Positions 1 to 9,561 of a stretch of 63,281 bases of DNA are shown here, piece after piece. The notes below the pieces were generated by a model that worked only from the letters and a program-made list of their open reading frames with translations, was not told the origin of the DNA and did no database searches. Origin of the DNA: a virus (taxonomy: Duplodnaviria > Caudoviricetes); the IMG/VR virus record IMGVR_UViG_3300011921_000006, positions 1-63,281 of that record; one strand, written 5' to 3'. Made by a program: the position numbers and the translations under genes. The first letter of the stretch is position 1; each line of letters starts with the position of its first letter.

Positions 1-245
1 GCACGAGGTAATGTTACTACAATTGCTGCAGATGTAGCGTTTGCACTAACAATTAGTTGTCCAGTATCTGCATTTGCACTTGCTGAAATAGCAATTGGCG
101 TAAAGTTTGCAGGTGCATATGGAGGAGCGAATGCTCCACGGGCTTGCACATTTTGAGTTAAAACAACTTTACTTTTTCCGGGACCAACAACTCCTGACAC
201 AGATGTAAATTGATCTGGTGTAGCTAAACCTCCGGATAATGCCAT
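1..245 (-). CDS. Small tail/appendage protein, N-terminal part (runs off window start)
   Basis: ATG at 245 overlaps nozzle stop (TAATG); reads MALSGGLATPDQ...SANATSAAIVVTLPR to the edge. Confidence 0.7.
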   Translation of the reverse strand, partial: MALSGGLATPDQFTSVSGVVGPGKSKVVLTQNVQARGAFAPPYAPANFTPIAISASANADTGQLIVSANATSAAIVVTLPR

Positions 246-3200
246 TACGCTCTCCTAACTGCGCTTTCTGTGCTATTAACTGATATTGCGTGTATCTCAA
301 TGCGCGATGTTGCGTTTGTTCCGTAAACTTCTAACTCAAGCCATGTACCACGCAGATCATTTGGGACTTGCCTGAAACCAACTGCTTTGTCTTGGTTTGC
401 AAGCGTATTGTAAAGACCAGTGGCTGTAACGTTTTTGTTGTTAGTTATCTTCCAGTTAAACTGTATGGCACTAGGTGTGTAGTAATGTACATTTATCTGG
501 TGAGGACGATTATTACCATAGTACGCAACACCTTCTGCGTACGTCTGACCATATCTTCGAGTTGTTATTTTCCAGTCAATACCTTGTGTTGTACCAGAAT
601 ATGTTGGCCTGTCACTAAACCCTTCAAGTCTGTAGATCTGCCCATTAGACGCACCTACATACATATCTGCCACATCATTTGTTGACGTACAAGAAACAGC
701 ACTTGTCACATTTACTTGCACTGAACTAAAGATTGGTAGTTTCCACTTAACCCAACCAGTTGTCCTAGTGTCATAAACATATATGACAGTATTGCTATTT
801 GCGGTACTTGCCCCAGCTATTGGTGCAAACGCATATAAACGACGTTCATGCGAAATCATTACTATGTCGCTATATGCAGCAGCTCCAATGTAATAAGCAG
901 ATCCTGTTGGGCCATAGTCCATTGATCGTGGATTAAGCACTCCTTCAAGTGGCACACTGATAGGCTCGATCTTTGTGCCATTCATTGTACTAATACCAAA
1001 ACTAGACACGAATAACGCTTGGCCAACTAAACTAGCAATTCCTTTACTGGCGAGTAAACCAGCTCCCGGCTCTCGTACAAATTGCTGTGCTTGAAAAGAC
1101 GTAGGGTCAAATCCGACAATTGGAACAATACTGTTTTCTCTATATACAATAAGGATTGCAGACGTATCACCACCAGCTGCTACTATGCCGTCAGCAGCAT
1201 ACGACAGTAAGTTTACAATTTTCTCATTATCGTCTTGTGATCCAATAGTCATGAACGCACCCTTGATTGCCATGAAAGGGTCTTGGACATCAGGGATATT
1301 GGTTGTGTATACACCGTACTCGTTGTCTTTATTTAATGGCCAAGTTGCATACAAACCATTGTCTTTTGACGTAAATAAACGTTGCTTGTGATTTGCTATT
1401 GAACTTAAACCTGTAGGCAATTGATTTCGACCTGTGTGATGAAACATTCCGGGACGGCCAACATTAGTTGGAAACAATATATCTGTATCTCGCACATCGT
1501 CATAAATTGTGTAGGCAGCTGTATTTGTTGACCATGTTACGTCAAATGTAACTGCATCACTGTTTACTAATGCTCCAGTAGTGTAATCAAACACCTTTGC
1601 GTTCTGCCCTGTATAGGATGCACCAACGCCAAGGTTTGTTGGGATCATTGCAATGAGCCTAGGCATTCCATCAGTAAACAATGTGTCACATCTTCGATAA
1701 ATTAAAATGTAATCATAGTCGTAGTTACTTGTAGATGTCCGTAATCCTGTGTCAGTAAACGTGATCCTTCCCCTGCTGTACGCAACGGATGATTCAATCT
1801 CAGGACTGTATTCTGATGGTACAGTTTCAACACCTTCTCCGGGTGGAGCAACAATGTTGTATGCAGATGTAGCTCTCCATGCAGCCGGAGCGGATTTCCA
1901 GCGAGTGTACAAATATTTATATCTATTATCTGGAGTCATTCCTCCTTGGCGTACAACATCACCTAGTCCAATTAAAACTGCATCAACTGAGACGTCTGGT
2001 ATATCCTCGTCAAAACGCAAATAGATTGCTGTTACCGCATCACGATTTGCACCCGGAATCGGAAATAGTTGAAACTCAAGGAATCTTGTTTGAGTGTTAT
2101 ATGCTGCCTGACCAGTCCATATAATCGAGCCAGCCTCTTGTATTCCTAGACTAATAGGTATTTCATTTACTCGAATATTAGGATGTAATTCGGCTCGTAT
2201 GCCAATGCCTCTATCGTTAGATAAATCAGGTGTACCAGCTATCGCAAGTTTGATTAATCTATTCTGAACGTAACCACCATACAGTCCAGTTACATTTGTA
2301 TTAATCTGTGCCGCTTTAAATCCGGCTAAACCTAAATCAGTAGTTGCTGCGTTATCGTTTGCGCTTGATAAAACACTATATAGATATACGCCATCTATTA
2401 ACACACCGGGATCATTGTCGCGTGTCCATCCACTGTTACTAATTTGAATCCGAACTTTATCGAGTGTGCCTTCAAACTCTCTGAAGTCAACAACATATTC
2501 AAACTGAACCCAGTCAGCAGTAGTTTGTTTAGGGGCTGCATCTGCGACTGCAGTAAAAAATGCACCGTTAATTATGGCGGAGGAACTATATCCTGTTACC
2601 GCAACATTTAAATATTGTCCGTTAAATGGTTTTGCGTCATCGTAATTCATCAAGGCAAATGACAGTCTGAATAAACCATTTACTTTTGCTGTGCCACCAT
2701 TTTGTGCATATGTTGGAAGTGATGAGATTTCTTGGATTATGTAATCTGTTGGTTTATCAATACGAGCAATATTTCCAGTTGTCCTACCATTTGCTCCTTG
2801 ACTTACAGTCCCTTTGCTTCCAGCCCAAGGTAATGCATGAATACTTACTAACTGACTACCGCCAGTACCGATTGATGGCGACCCTGCAATCGTATTCCAG
2901 TTTGCACAAGTAGTACCAGCAGCAGTGGCAAAAATTGGATTCAATACCCGGTTATCAGAAGGACTTGCACTGGAAAATGTTGCTTGTCCTGCACTATCGC
3001 CATATGCACTAGATGTATATGTCTTAATTGCTTTCACAATACCAACAGCATTTGGTTTTGTTGAAGTGGGGCCATTTACTGTTGGCAGTGATGCAGCAAT
3101 GGTTCCATTGGTCCTAAAAAGCGAAAATGATGAACCTGTTCCTCCGACACCGTAAATATATCGTCCATATTGAGTCATGCGAACAAGTTTCCCCGCAGAG

Positions 3201-3544
3201 GGGAAACTAAATGAAGCGCCTGTTGTTTGATCAGTTAACTCAGTTTCTGTTGCTGGAGCACCTGATGGATCAGTTGTATACAGCTTTCCATTTTTAGCGT
3301 AAACCAATTTGCTGACAGTTGCAGAACTTTTAAGTGCTGTTAATTCGTATACAGGGTTAGCATTAAATGTGTTCATGATCCCACGGAAGCCGTTTCGTAA
3401 AACTGGCGAGTTTCCGTCGATCATCATGTTTTCAATGTTTTGTGCATAACCATCCTTGAGCTTATTTGGTTGCATGCGTGTGTCCATGCCGATCCATGTA
3501 ACATCACCCAACACAAAAGACTGTTGGTTATTCATTGCTTTCAT
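245..3544 (-). CDS. Tail nozzle / stabilisation protein (T7 gp12 / P22 gp10-like) with inserted domains
   Basis: 1099 aa; N-terminal GMDTR..P..L....A..IENM pattern, beta-rich propeller-like body, position before ejection genes. Confidence 0.7.
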   Translation of the reverse strand: MKAMNNQQSFVLGDVTWIGMDTRMQPNKLKDGYAQNIENMMIDGNSPVLRNGFRGIMNTFNANPVYELTALKSSATVSKLVYAKNGKLYTTDPSGAPATETELTDQTTGASFSFPSAGKLVRMTQYGRYIYGVGGTGSSFSLFRTNGTIAASLPTVNGPTSTKPNAVGIVKAIKTYTSSAYGDSAGQATFSSASPSDNRVLNPIFATAAGTTCANWNTIAGSPSIGTGGSQLVSIHALPWAGSKGTVSQGANGRTTGNIARIDKPTDYIIQEISSLPTYAQNGGTAKVNGLFRLSFALMNYDDAKPFNGQYLNVAVTGYSSSAIINGAFFTAVADAAPKQTTADWVQFEYVVDFREFEGTLDKVRIQISNSGWTRDNDPGVLIDGVYLYSVLSSANDNAATTDLGLAGFKAAQINTNVTGLYGGYVQNRLIKLAIAGTPDLSNDRGIGIRAELHPNIRVNEIPISLGIQEAGSIIWTGQAAYNTQTRFLEFQLFPIPGANRDAVTAIYLRFDEDIPDVSVDAVLIGLGDVVRQGGMTPDNRYKYLYTRWKSAPAAWRATSAYNIVAPPGEGVETVPSEYSPEIESSVAYSRGRITFTDTGLRTSTSNYDYDYILIYRRCDTLFTDGMPRLIAMIPTNLGVGASYTGQNAKVFDYTTGALVNSDAVTFDVTWSTNTAAYTIYDDVRDTDILFPTNVGRPGMFHHTGRNQLPTGLSSIANHKQRLFTSKDNGLYATWPLNKDNEYGVYTTNIPDVQDPFMAIKGAFMTIGSQDDNEKIVNLLSYAADGIVAAGGDTSAILIVYRENSIVPIVGFDPTSFQAQQFVREPGAGLLASKGIASLVGQALFVSSFGISTMNGTKIEPISVPLEGVLNPRSMDYGPTGSAYYIGAAAYSDIVMISHERRLYAFAPIAGASTANSNTVIYVYDTRTTGWVKWKLPIFSSVQVNVTSAVSCTSTNDVADMYVGASNGQIYRLEGFSDRPTYSGTTQGIDWKITTRRYGQTYAEGVAYYGNNRPHQINVHYYTPSAIQFNWKITNNKNVTATGLYNTLANQDKAVGFRQVPNDLRGTWLELEVYGTNATSRIEIHAISVNSTESAVRRA

Positions 3545-3826
3545 TTACATACATCCCTTGCGAGTAAATTGTTTACTCAGTGTTGCAGTTTGTTTATATA
3601 ATTGTGGCTCATACCCAAACCTATAAAGCCTAAACATTGGTATCGTAAATGGCAAGCTGGCCATGGACGTTTTGCAAGTATCAACAAGCCAAGAATTAAC
3701 AAGAGTACCTTCACGGTTGTATTCAGGGCAAGGACATCCCGGATCTGGAGGCTCTGGACCGGAACCTCCGGGGGCAGATAATCCACCAACCCATATGAAA
3801 AATGGTGACCTGAATCCAGCTGCCAT
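3545..3826 (-). CDS. Hypothetical virion-associated protein
   Basis: 93 aa, tightly packed between tail genes, Pro/Gly linker. Confidence 0.55.
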   Translation of the reverse strand: MAAGFRSPFFIWVGGLSAPGGSGPEPPDPGCPCPEYNREGTLVNSWLVDTCKTSMASLPFTIPMFRLYRFGYEPQLYKQTATLSKQFTRKGCM

Positions 3827-4737
3827 TAGACTGGATCAATCCCTGTAACCGGGTCAGCGGATGTGCTAGAAGCGACAGCGGCAGTCCACGATAAAGCATC
3901 ACCTGCATCGTATACCTTAAGTGTAGCACCTACAATTTCAGACTTGTTACGCAATGCATATAACGCTTCTTTGACTAACCGTCCACTGTTTGAGCCGCCA
4001 CCCACGTTGCGATTAAGTAGTGCATCCGCAATAGATTCAATATATAGCGTTCCTGCTATAGTGTTTGTATCCGAGACTATTGCTTGACTATTTAAACCTG
4101 CTTGATATAGCCAGTATCCAGCAAGTCCATTAAATAGTGCGTCTGATGGGTCACGGCTCCAAACTCCATTAACAATTTCAGTAACAGCATCCGTTGCTAG
4201 TGCGTCCGCATCAATAGCATCTGTAGCAATAGCCGCGGCGGTTATTGTATTGTTTTGCATCTGATGAACGTTTGCTGCAATATGATTGCTTGCATTTATG
4301 CTTACTTCATTGGTTGTTGATGCTGTTGCACTACGCACTAATCGTGCGCCAAAAGTGTTGGCTGTTGTATATGATGCAGTCAACGCATTGTAAACATTAG
4401 CGGCAGTAGCCCCTAGCGTAAACCGACCAATAGAAGAACCAACAAGACTTACAGAGTCAACTGTACCGGCTGTAATCACGCACTCAAACTCGCCACCATT
4501 AGCATAAAATGTGCCATCGGATGCTGTAGTTATATTGACGTTATGCAGACCTGTTCTGCTGTCAAAGTCAATTGATAGCGTTACGCCAGCCGTTGATTCA
4601 GTTACGCTGTTATCTTTGTATACAGAAACAACTGGAGTGCCAGCAAGCGTAAATGGCGCACCAGTAGATGGACGGTAAGTTGTAAACTTAAAGTCTATTA
4701 CATCACCGGCACTGAAGTCACCTAGATACTTACTCAT
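3826..4737 (-). CDS. Tail fibre/appendage protein (Ig-like N-terminus, conserved C-terminal domain)
   Basis: 303 aa T/S/A-rich; C-terminus aligns by eye with that of 6090..7748. Confidence 0.65.
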   Translation of the reverse strand: MSKYLGDFSAGDVIDFKFTTYRPSTGAPFTLAGTPVVSVYKDNSVTESTAGVTLSIDFDSRTGLHNVNITTASDGTFYANGGEFECVITAGTVDSVSLVGSSIGRFTLGATAANVYNALTASYTTANTFGARLVRSATASTTNEVSINASNHIAANVHQMQNNTITAAAIATDAIDADALATDAVTEIVNGVWSRDPSDALFNGLAGYWLYQAGLNSQAIVSDTNTIAGTLYIESIADALLNRNVGGGSNSGRLVKEALYALRNKSEIVGATLKVYDAGDALSWTAAVASSTSADPVTGIDPV

Positions 4738-5834
4738 CTGACATACCCCGCTAACGGATTAGCCGCTAAACCACCACCACCGGATGACGAAGTCAAATCA
4801 TCGATAATTAACTGCATTGGCATCCACGTTGTTGTCGTATCCGTCCACGCCCCAGTGCCAGTACGGGTAGTTGCATGATAAGTTCCGCCCGGTATAAAAA
4901 CACTACTACAGTCTGTCGCACCGCTAAATTCAATATATGACATACACCCTAGGGAAGCATTCGTTGCTTGAACTGCAATTCTGTAATCCGTATTTGGAGT
5001 CAAGGCGGTTAGCGTTGATTCATCAAAGTAGTAGTCACGCAATAAAAGCGTAGAAGCATTGTAGGCTTCTTGATTAGTAAATGACCGACTCTGCAACACA
5101 GTATTAGAGGAGTCATATAGGTTCAAGTCCCACGTCGATGCACTGTTAGTTGGTCCAACATTCATTCGTACGCCAGCGATTTTGTATGACGTTACGGTTG
5201 ACGCTGGTAGGCTAAACTTCATGCCACGCTGATTAGGCGTAGCCCCAGAGTTCCACGAACTGATACTGGCTGGCTTGTGAGCGATGCGATACTGCGTTGT
5301 TGATGAACCACACCCAAGAGTCGGAATGATTTGAGTTGTAGTTTTAGCCCCTGAAATAGTATTCAGAACGGTCTGTATATACGGAAATAACGCAAGCGCA
5401 GAACCTACACCAGTACCACTAGTGCCAAACATTGTAAGGTTGTCACTTCCCGTATTCCACGTCCCAGACAATGCTTGAATGACGATTGCGTAGTATTGAC
5501 CACGAGTAATCGTAGCGTTTGAAGACAGCGTCCATTCCTTGATTCCATTGGCTGGAAAGTTTGTAGCATCTGTTGTCAGGTCAACGTAGCCTAGCCACGT
5601 ACCAGTGGCTAATCCTGTTGTCGCACCTACTGTTTGAATGCCAACACGAGTCGTACCCGGTGTGCCACCACGGGTATTGACCCAACCAGTAACTCTGGTA
5701 ATGGTTGCATCTTCTTCCGCCTGACATATGAGTGAAATGTAATCACTGATTGCAGACAGCGTATAAGTAGTCGACCCAGAAACAGAAGAAAGCATAGGCA
5801 TCTCTGTCGGTATGAATGCACGTACTTTAGCCAT
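4734..5834 (-). CDS. Putative receptor-binding/tail protein, two beta-sandwich-like halves
   Basis: 366 aa, T/S/G-rich; both halves end in a Y-x-I-x-[IV]-QA motif (YYAIVIQA, YRIAVQA). Confidence 0.6.
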   Translation of the reverse strand: MAKVRAFIPTEMPMLSSVSGSTTYTLSAISDYISLICQAEEDATITRVTGWVNTRGGTPGTTRVGIQTVGATTGLATGTWLGYVDLTTDATNFPANGIKEWTLSSNATITRGQYYAIVIQALSGTWNTGSDNLTMFGTSGTGVGSALALFPYIQTVLNTISGAKTTTQIIPTLGCGSSTTQYRIAHKPASISSWNSGATPNQRGMKFSLPASTVTSYKIAGVRMNVGPTNSASTWDLNLYDSSNTVLQSRSFTNQEAYNASTLLLRDYYFDESTLTALTPNTDYRIAVQATNASLGCMSYIEFSGATDCSSVFIPGGTYHATTRTGTGAWTDTTTTWMPMQLIIDDLTSSSGGGGLAANPLAGYVR

Positions 5835-6078
5835 TGATAGTCACTATCTGCCCATTCGGCGCATCAGAGTCAAGAGTTGCACTTATCGGTAATCGGTTTG
5901 CTTTCATATACTCAATCATCAACAACGAACGCAAAAGCCTACCGGCTATCGCGTCTAGTTCCTCTTCAGAATATGCAAGCAACTCAGCCAATGTGGTTGT
6001 TGCAAACTGCTTGTCTGCAAACCTAATGGTGAAGTCACCGTGTTCTAAAATTTCCGTAAGTGTGATTGTGCGTTGCAT
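5827..6078 (-). CDS. Small hypothetical protein (possible fibre chaperone)
   Basis: 83 aa, AAGG upstream, overlaps next gene. Confidence 0.55.
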   Translation of the reverse strand: MQRTITLTEILEHGDFTIRFADKQFATTTLAELLAYSEEELDAIAGRLLRSLLMIEYMKANRLPISATLDSDAPNGQIVTING

Positions 6079-6089
6079 TGATATATACC

Positions 6090-7748
6090 TTACGCTGGGT
6101 CTACCGTTACGTCAGCAGTGTTAGACAACGAGCCAGTCCACGCTACCGCTGAGTCATCCTCTTTGTATACACTCATTGTGCCTGTACCTACAGATACCTT
6201 ATTACGCATTGCTCGCAATGCACTACGAACGGTACGTTCGTTCAGTGTGTCTGTACCGTCACCTGAACTGTCTAACTTACGGTTGAGAATAGCGTCTGCT
6301 GTCTGCGCCGCCGTCAAGCCACCAGAGGATAGCGTGACCGTCAGCACCGCGCCGTTCGTACCGCTTGCACCTCTGACCACGATCGTCACATCAGATGCGC
6401 CAGCGGCGAAAGCCGCGTTAGGGACATCAAGCCGATACACGCCCGGCACGAGGCTCGAGCTTATCTCTGCAAAGCCACCAGAAGTCCACGCGCCTGTAGG
6501 TGTCTGCGTGACCAGCGTGATAGCCACCGGAGCAGACTGGTTGCGGACGTAGTATGCCGCTAGACCGGAGGTGGCAAAGGTTAGCCCTGTAGCACCTAGG
6601 TAGAGTTCGATGCTTTGTGATGTGCTGCCGGGAGCGATTGTGATGGTAGATGCGTTGCGCTCGGTTGGGTTGTATTGCCCAACGGATGACGTAAGACGAT
6701 AAGTAGCAGAACCAGCATCAGGCGTGGCATTAGTCCACGTTATTCCATACATGTCAGTCACAGGGGAACCACTGGTTACGCCAAACCCTCTATTAGGTGA
6801 TAGTGCATACGGCGTATATGGCTGTAGCATCCCGATTCCATTTAGGACACTATCCATCAAATCCAATCCCATATCACCAGATACACTTGTATTTGATGGT
6901 GAACTCGCAGCAACATTTGACCTAGCGACTATACCTAGTAAACGGTTGTAATCTTCTACAATTGCATTTGTCCCAGAGACACATGTTAAGTCTGTACCTG
7001 ATGTATTTATAAGGCAGTTACGCACGATGGTTGGAAATGACGTGCTGTTATTGGATGTGTATATTCCACCACCGTTGCCTATAATCGTGCAGTTTCGTAT
7101 GGAAAAACCACCTGTGTATATCAACACTAATGCAAAAGTTGTATGTCCAGTAAAGTAACAATTTATGAAACTTGAAGTATCAGTAATTTGTGAGCTTAGA
7201 TTAGATGTACCTGCAAACTGTAACTGCACTACCCCACCAGAAAAAACACAGTTTGTAAATGTTGTGTTGAATGGTTGCGCTGCTGGAGGCGTAAATTCAT
7301 TTGGATACAAACCAGCTTTTGAATAAAACGTACAGTTTGTAAACGACCAGTTTCGAGAAGTGGTACATCTGATTGTTGACGTATTGCCAGATTTAAAATT
7401 AATGTTTTGCCACGACAAATAGTTTTTACTTGTAGCAGTAAGAATATTGCCGGTGAACCCTGTTGTTGTTAATGTCGTATCAAAATTAGTAACAATAATT
7501 GGGCCAGCAGAAATGCCAGTAAATAATGACGCAGTTGCGTTACCGATGATGAAAGTGTCCGCAGTGGCACTTGTCATGTTGACGGTAATCGCAGAGGAAT
7601 ACACACCGGGTGCGATATATACGGTATCGCCAGATGATATCCCTGTGGCTCCAAGTGCCTTACCGATAGTCCTCCAAGCAAGGAGCGTCGTAGTGCCCAA
7701 CCCCGTATTTGAATCATTGCCGTCTGTTCTAACGTAATAAATAGCCAT
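6090..7748 (-). CDS. Tailspike/fibre with right-handed parallel beta-helix (pectin-lyase-like)
   Basis: YYVRTDGNDSNTG...AWRTIGKAL...GDTVYIAPGVY start and repeated FTNCxF/IRNCxI strands. Confidence 0.75.
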   Translation of the reverse strand: MAIYYVRTDGNDSNTGLGTTTLLAWRTIGKALGATGISSGDTVYIAPGVYSSAITVNMTSATADTFIIGNATASLFTGISAGPIIVTNFDTTLTTTGFTGNILTATSKNYLSWQNINFKSGNTSTIRCTTSRNWSFTNCTFYSKAGLYPNEFTPPAAQPFNTTFTNCVFSGGVVQLQFAGTSNLSSQITDTSSFINCYFTGHTTFALVLIYTGGFSIRNCTIIGNGGGIYTSNNSTSFPTIVRNCLINTSGTDLTCVSGTNAIVEDYNRLLGIVARSNVAASSPSNTSVSGDMGLDLMDSVLNGIGMLQPYTPYALSPNRGFGVTSGSPVTDMYGITWTNATPDAGSATYRLTSSVGQYNPTERNASTITIAPGSTSQSIELYLGATGLTFATSGLAAYYVRNQSAPVAITLVTQTPTGAWTSGGFAEISSSLVPGVYRLDVPNAAFAAGASDVTIVVRGASGTNGAVLTVTLSSGGLTAAQTADAILNRKLDSSGDGTDTLNERTVRSALRAMRNKVSVGTGTMSVYKEDDSAVAWTGSLSNTADVTVDPA

Positions 7749-7975
7749 TATTCAGCCGTCCCCGCGATGATTTCTTGAGCCATAACTAAAGCAAACTGAT
7801 TGCTATACACCTGCTGGAACTGTGCATCCTGTGTAACCCACCAACCAAATACGCTGGTTCCATTCTCACCGAATGTGCCAAGGATATTCCCAGCATCGTC
7901 GGTAATGTCACCAAAGACAATCCAATCACCAGGGGTGAGGGGATTAGGTTCAAGCCGGTAGTTTTGCAGGTTCAT
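7748..7975 (-). CDS. Small hypothetical protein preceding tailspike
   Basis: 75 aa, coupled start/stop overlaps on both sides. Confidence 0.6.
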   Translation of the reverse strand: MNLQNYRLEPNPLTPGDWIVFGDITDDAGNILGTFGENGTSVFGWWVTQDAQFQQVYSNQFALVMAQEIIAGTAE

Positions 7976-8106
7976 TTGCCCACCTTCAGCGCGTTGATTC
8001 CCGTACCCTTGAAAGGCATCGTCAGGAACGCCAGCACACTAGACACCGCAGCGGAGACACCAGCCGCTACCGCCTTGCTCCCGTACAGTGCCAGCACTGC
8101 GCCCAT
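7972..8106 (-). pseudogene. 44-aa membrane ORF, likely C-terminal remnant of a holin-like gene (not in ORF track)
   Basis: MGAVLALYGSKAVAAGVSAAVSSVLAFLTMPFKGTGINALKVGK; TGATG and ATGA overlaps; resembles second half of 8567..8863. Confidence 0.5.
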
Positions 8107-8297
8107 CACTTCTTCACCTTCCTATTCGCAATAGCGACCAACGTAAGGTCACGTAGCATCTCAAGATCTGATGTACTCATGAAGTCTAGGTTGTCAGCAA
8201 TCTGACGCAATACCAAAGCCTCACCAAAAGGTACTTTAACTTCAGGAACGTTAGCGATCTTCTTTACAAATTTGCTTAGCCAAGACATGTTATTCAC
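8106..8297 (-). CDS. Small hypothetical protein
   Basis: 63 aa, amphipathic N-terminus (MSWLSKFVKKI). Confidence 0.6.
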   Translation of the reverse strand: MNNMSWLSKFVKKIANVPEVKVPFGEALVLRQIADNLDFMSTSDLEMLRDLTLVAIANRKVKK

Positions 8298-8574
8298 TTA
8301 CCTTTTTTAAAGACTTTTCAATAACCAAGTTAAAAGCTTGTACAGTACGCAGACCAAGTGTACCAAGTAAGAATGATAGGCCAATCATCTGGTGTGGTTT
8401 TTCCCAACCAAGTTGGTGAGCCATAATAGGTGTAAGGTAGATAGCAGATGCAGTGCCAGACAAAACTGTGATGGCTCCTTGTACAGCTGTTTTAATTCTT
8501 GGCCAATCAGTACCAATGATTGCGCCAATAAATCCAGCTAATAGTTGATTCCAGTCTAATTGCAGTTTATCCAT
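8290..8574 (-). CDS. Holin-like membrane protein
   Basis: 94 aa from MDKLQ (GAGG upstream), three hydrophobic segments, basic C-terminus. Confidence 0.6.
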   Translation of the reverse strand: MDKLQLDWNQLLAGFIGAIIGTDWPRIKTAVQGAITVLSGTASAIYLTPIMAHQLGWEKPHQMIGLSFLLGTLGLRTVQAFNLVIEKSLKKVSE

Positions 8575-8863
8575 CGATGTCCCTCGTTGCTTGGCTGACA
8601 CGTTTCACCTCCGGTAGTTTAACTGAAAACACTGGTAGGTTGCGATCTTGTCGCATGAAGAAGGCAATCAACGCAGTAGTCATAGCCGGTATACCAGCCC
8701 TGACACCTTCTATGCTACATAGTAATAAACTACGTGTCACCGTGCCAAATGATGCATTGTCTGGAACGTGCATGGATTTCCAAGCGGAATCAAACTCAGG
8801 TCCTGCTGATGCCACAAAAGCTCCAAGTACTAAAAGGATCAATCGACTCCATGCAATATTCAT
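8567..8863 (-). CDS. Holin-like membrane protein
   Basis: 98 aa, two hydrophobic segments, charged tail. Confidence 0.5.
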   Translation of the reverse strand: MNIAWSRLILLVLGAFVASAGPEFDSAWKSMHVPDNASFGTVTRSLLLCSIEGVRAGIPAMTTALIAFFMRQDRNLPVFSVKLPEVKRVSQATRDIDG

Positions 8864-9561
8864 TACTTACCTCCAGCTTGAATTACAGGTGGTACTGCAA
8901 AAATACCGTTAGGGCCTTTGTATGATGGATCAAGCCGAGTCCATAATTGCATTCGGACTTGATCATACCAATCACCCCAAAACGCACGACCTACGATAGA
9001 TGGGTCATCATAGTTTTTCAAAGCTATTTTACGAGCTGCATAGCAAGGCAGGGCTTGCATAAGTAAATCATCACTTATAAATGAAAATGTTCCGGCTCCA
9101 GCTGTAATAACTGCCGGTAATCCAGAACCATGTGCAATAAATGAAATTGAAGTAGATGGAACAGGGTAAAACCCAATATTGCTATAACCAGCTTCATACC
9201 AATGCGTAGGTGTGCCAGCAGTTGCCGTGTAACCCAAATCGTAAGAACGCAACTCATTTTCACCACAATGAATAATAGGTGTGGAGCCACCATTAATTCG
9301 GACTGTCAACGGAAATGCCAAAACGGAACTACTTAAATCATATGTCCGACCAGTATGCGACGCTGCTGAAAAAGTCGTAGGTAAATATACACATGTTCGA
9401 CACATATCAATTGCAGCATCATTTAAATACTGCAATATCACATCGTTACTAGAAGTTGTGACGCCACCTACACCATCTGGTAGTTCAGCAATAACAGAAT
9501 CAAAAGGTTCGTTTAATAACCTTAGTGTTTCATTTTTAAGATCAACAAACCCTTTTGCCAT
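8863..9561 (-). CDS. Head-tail adaptor protein (paralogue 2)
   Basis: 232 aa; L..L......LNE, YLNDA..DMCRT, GTPTHWY...IGFYPVP adaptor-type motifs. Confidence 0.65.
   Translation of the reverse strand: MAKGFVDLKNETLRLLNEPFDSVIAELPDGVGGVTTSSNDVILQYLNDAAIDMCRTCVYLPTTFSAASHTGRTYDLSSSVLAFPLTVRINGGSTPIIHCGENELRSYDLGYTATAGTPTHWYEAGYSNIGFYPVPSTSISFIAHGSGLPAVITAGAGTFSFISDDLLMQALPCYAARKIALKNYDDPSIVGRAFWGDWYDQVRMQLWTRLDPSYKGPNGIFAVPPVIQAGGK

Noticed and set aside
3826-7748. Diversity-generating retroelement or invertible tail cassette
   Set aside because: No reverse transcriptase or invertase; the shared C-termini are similar only at protein level.
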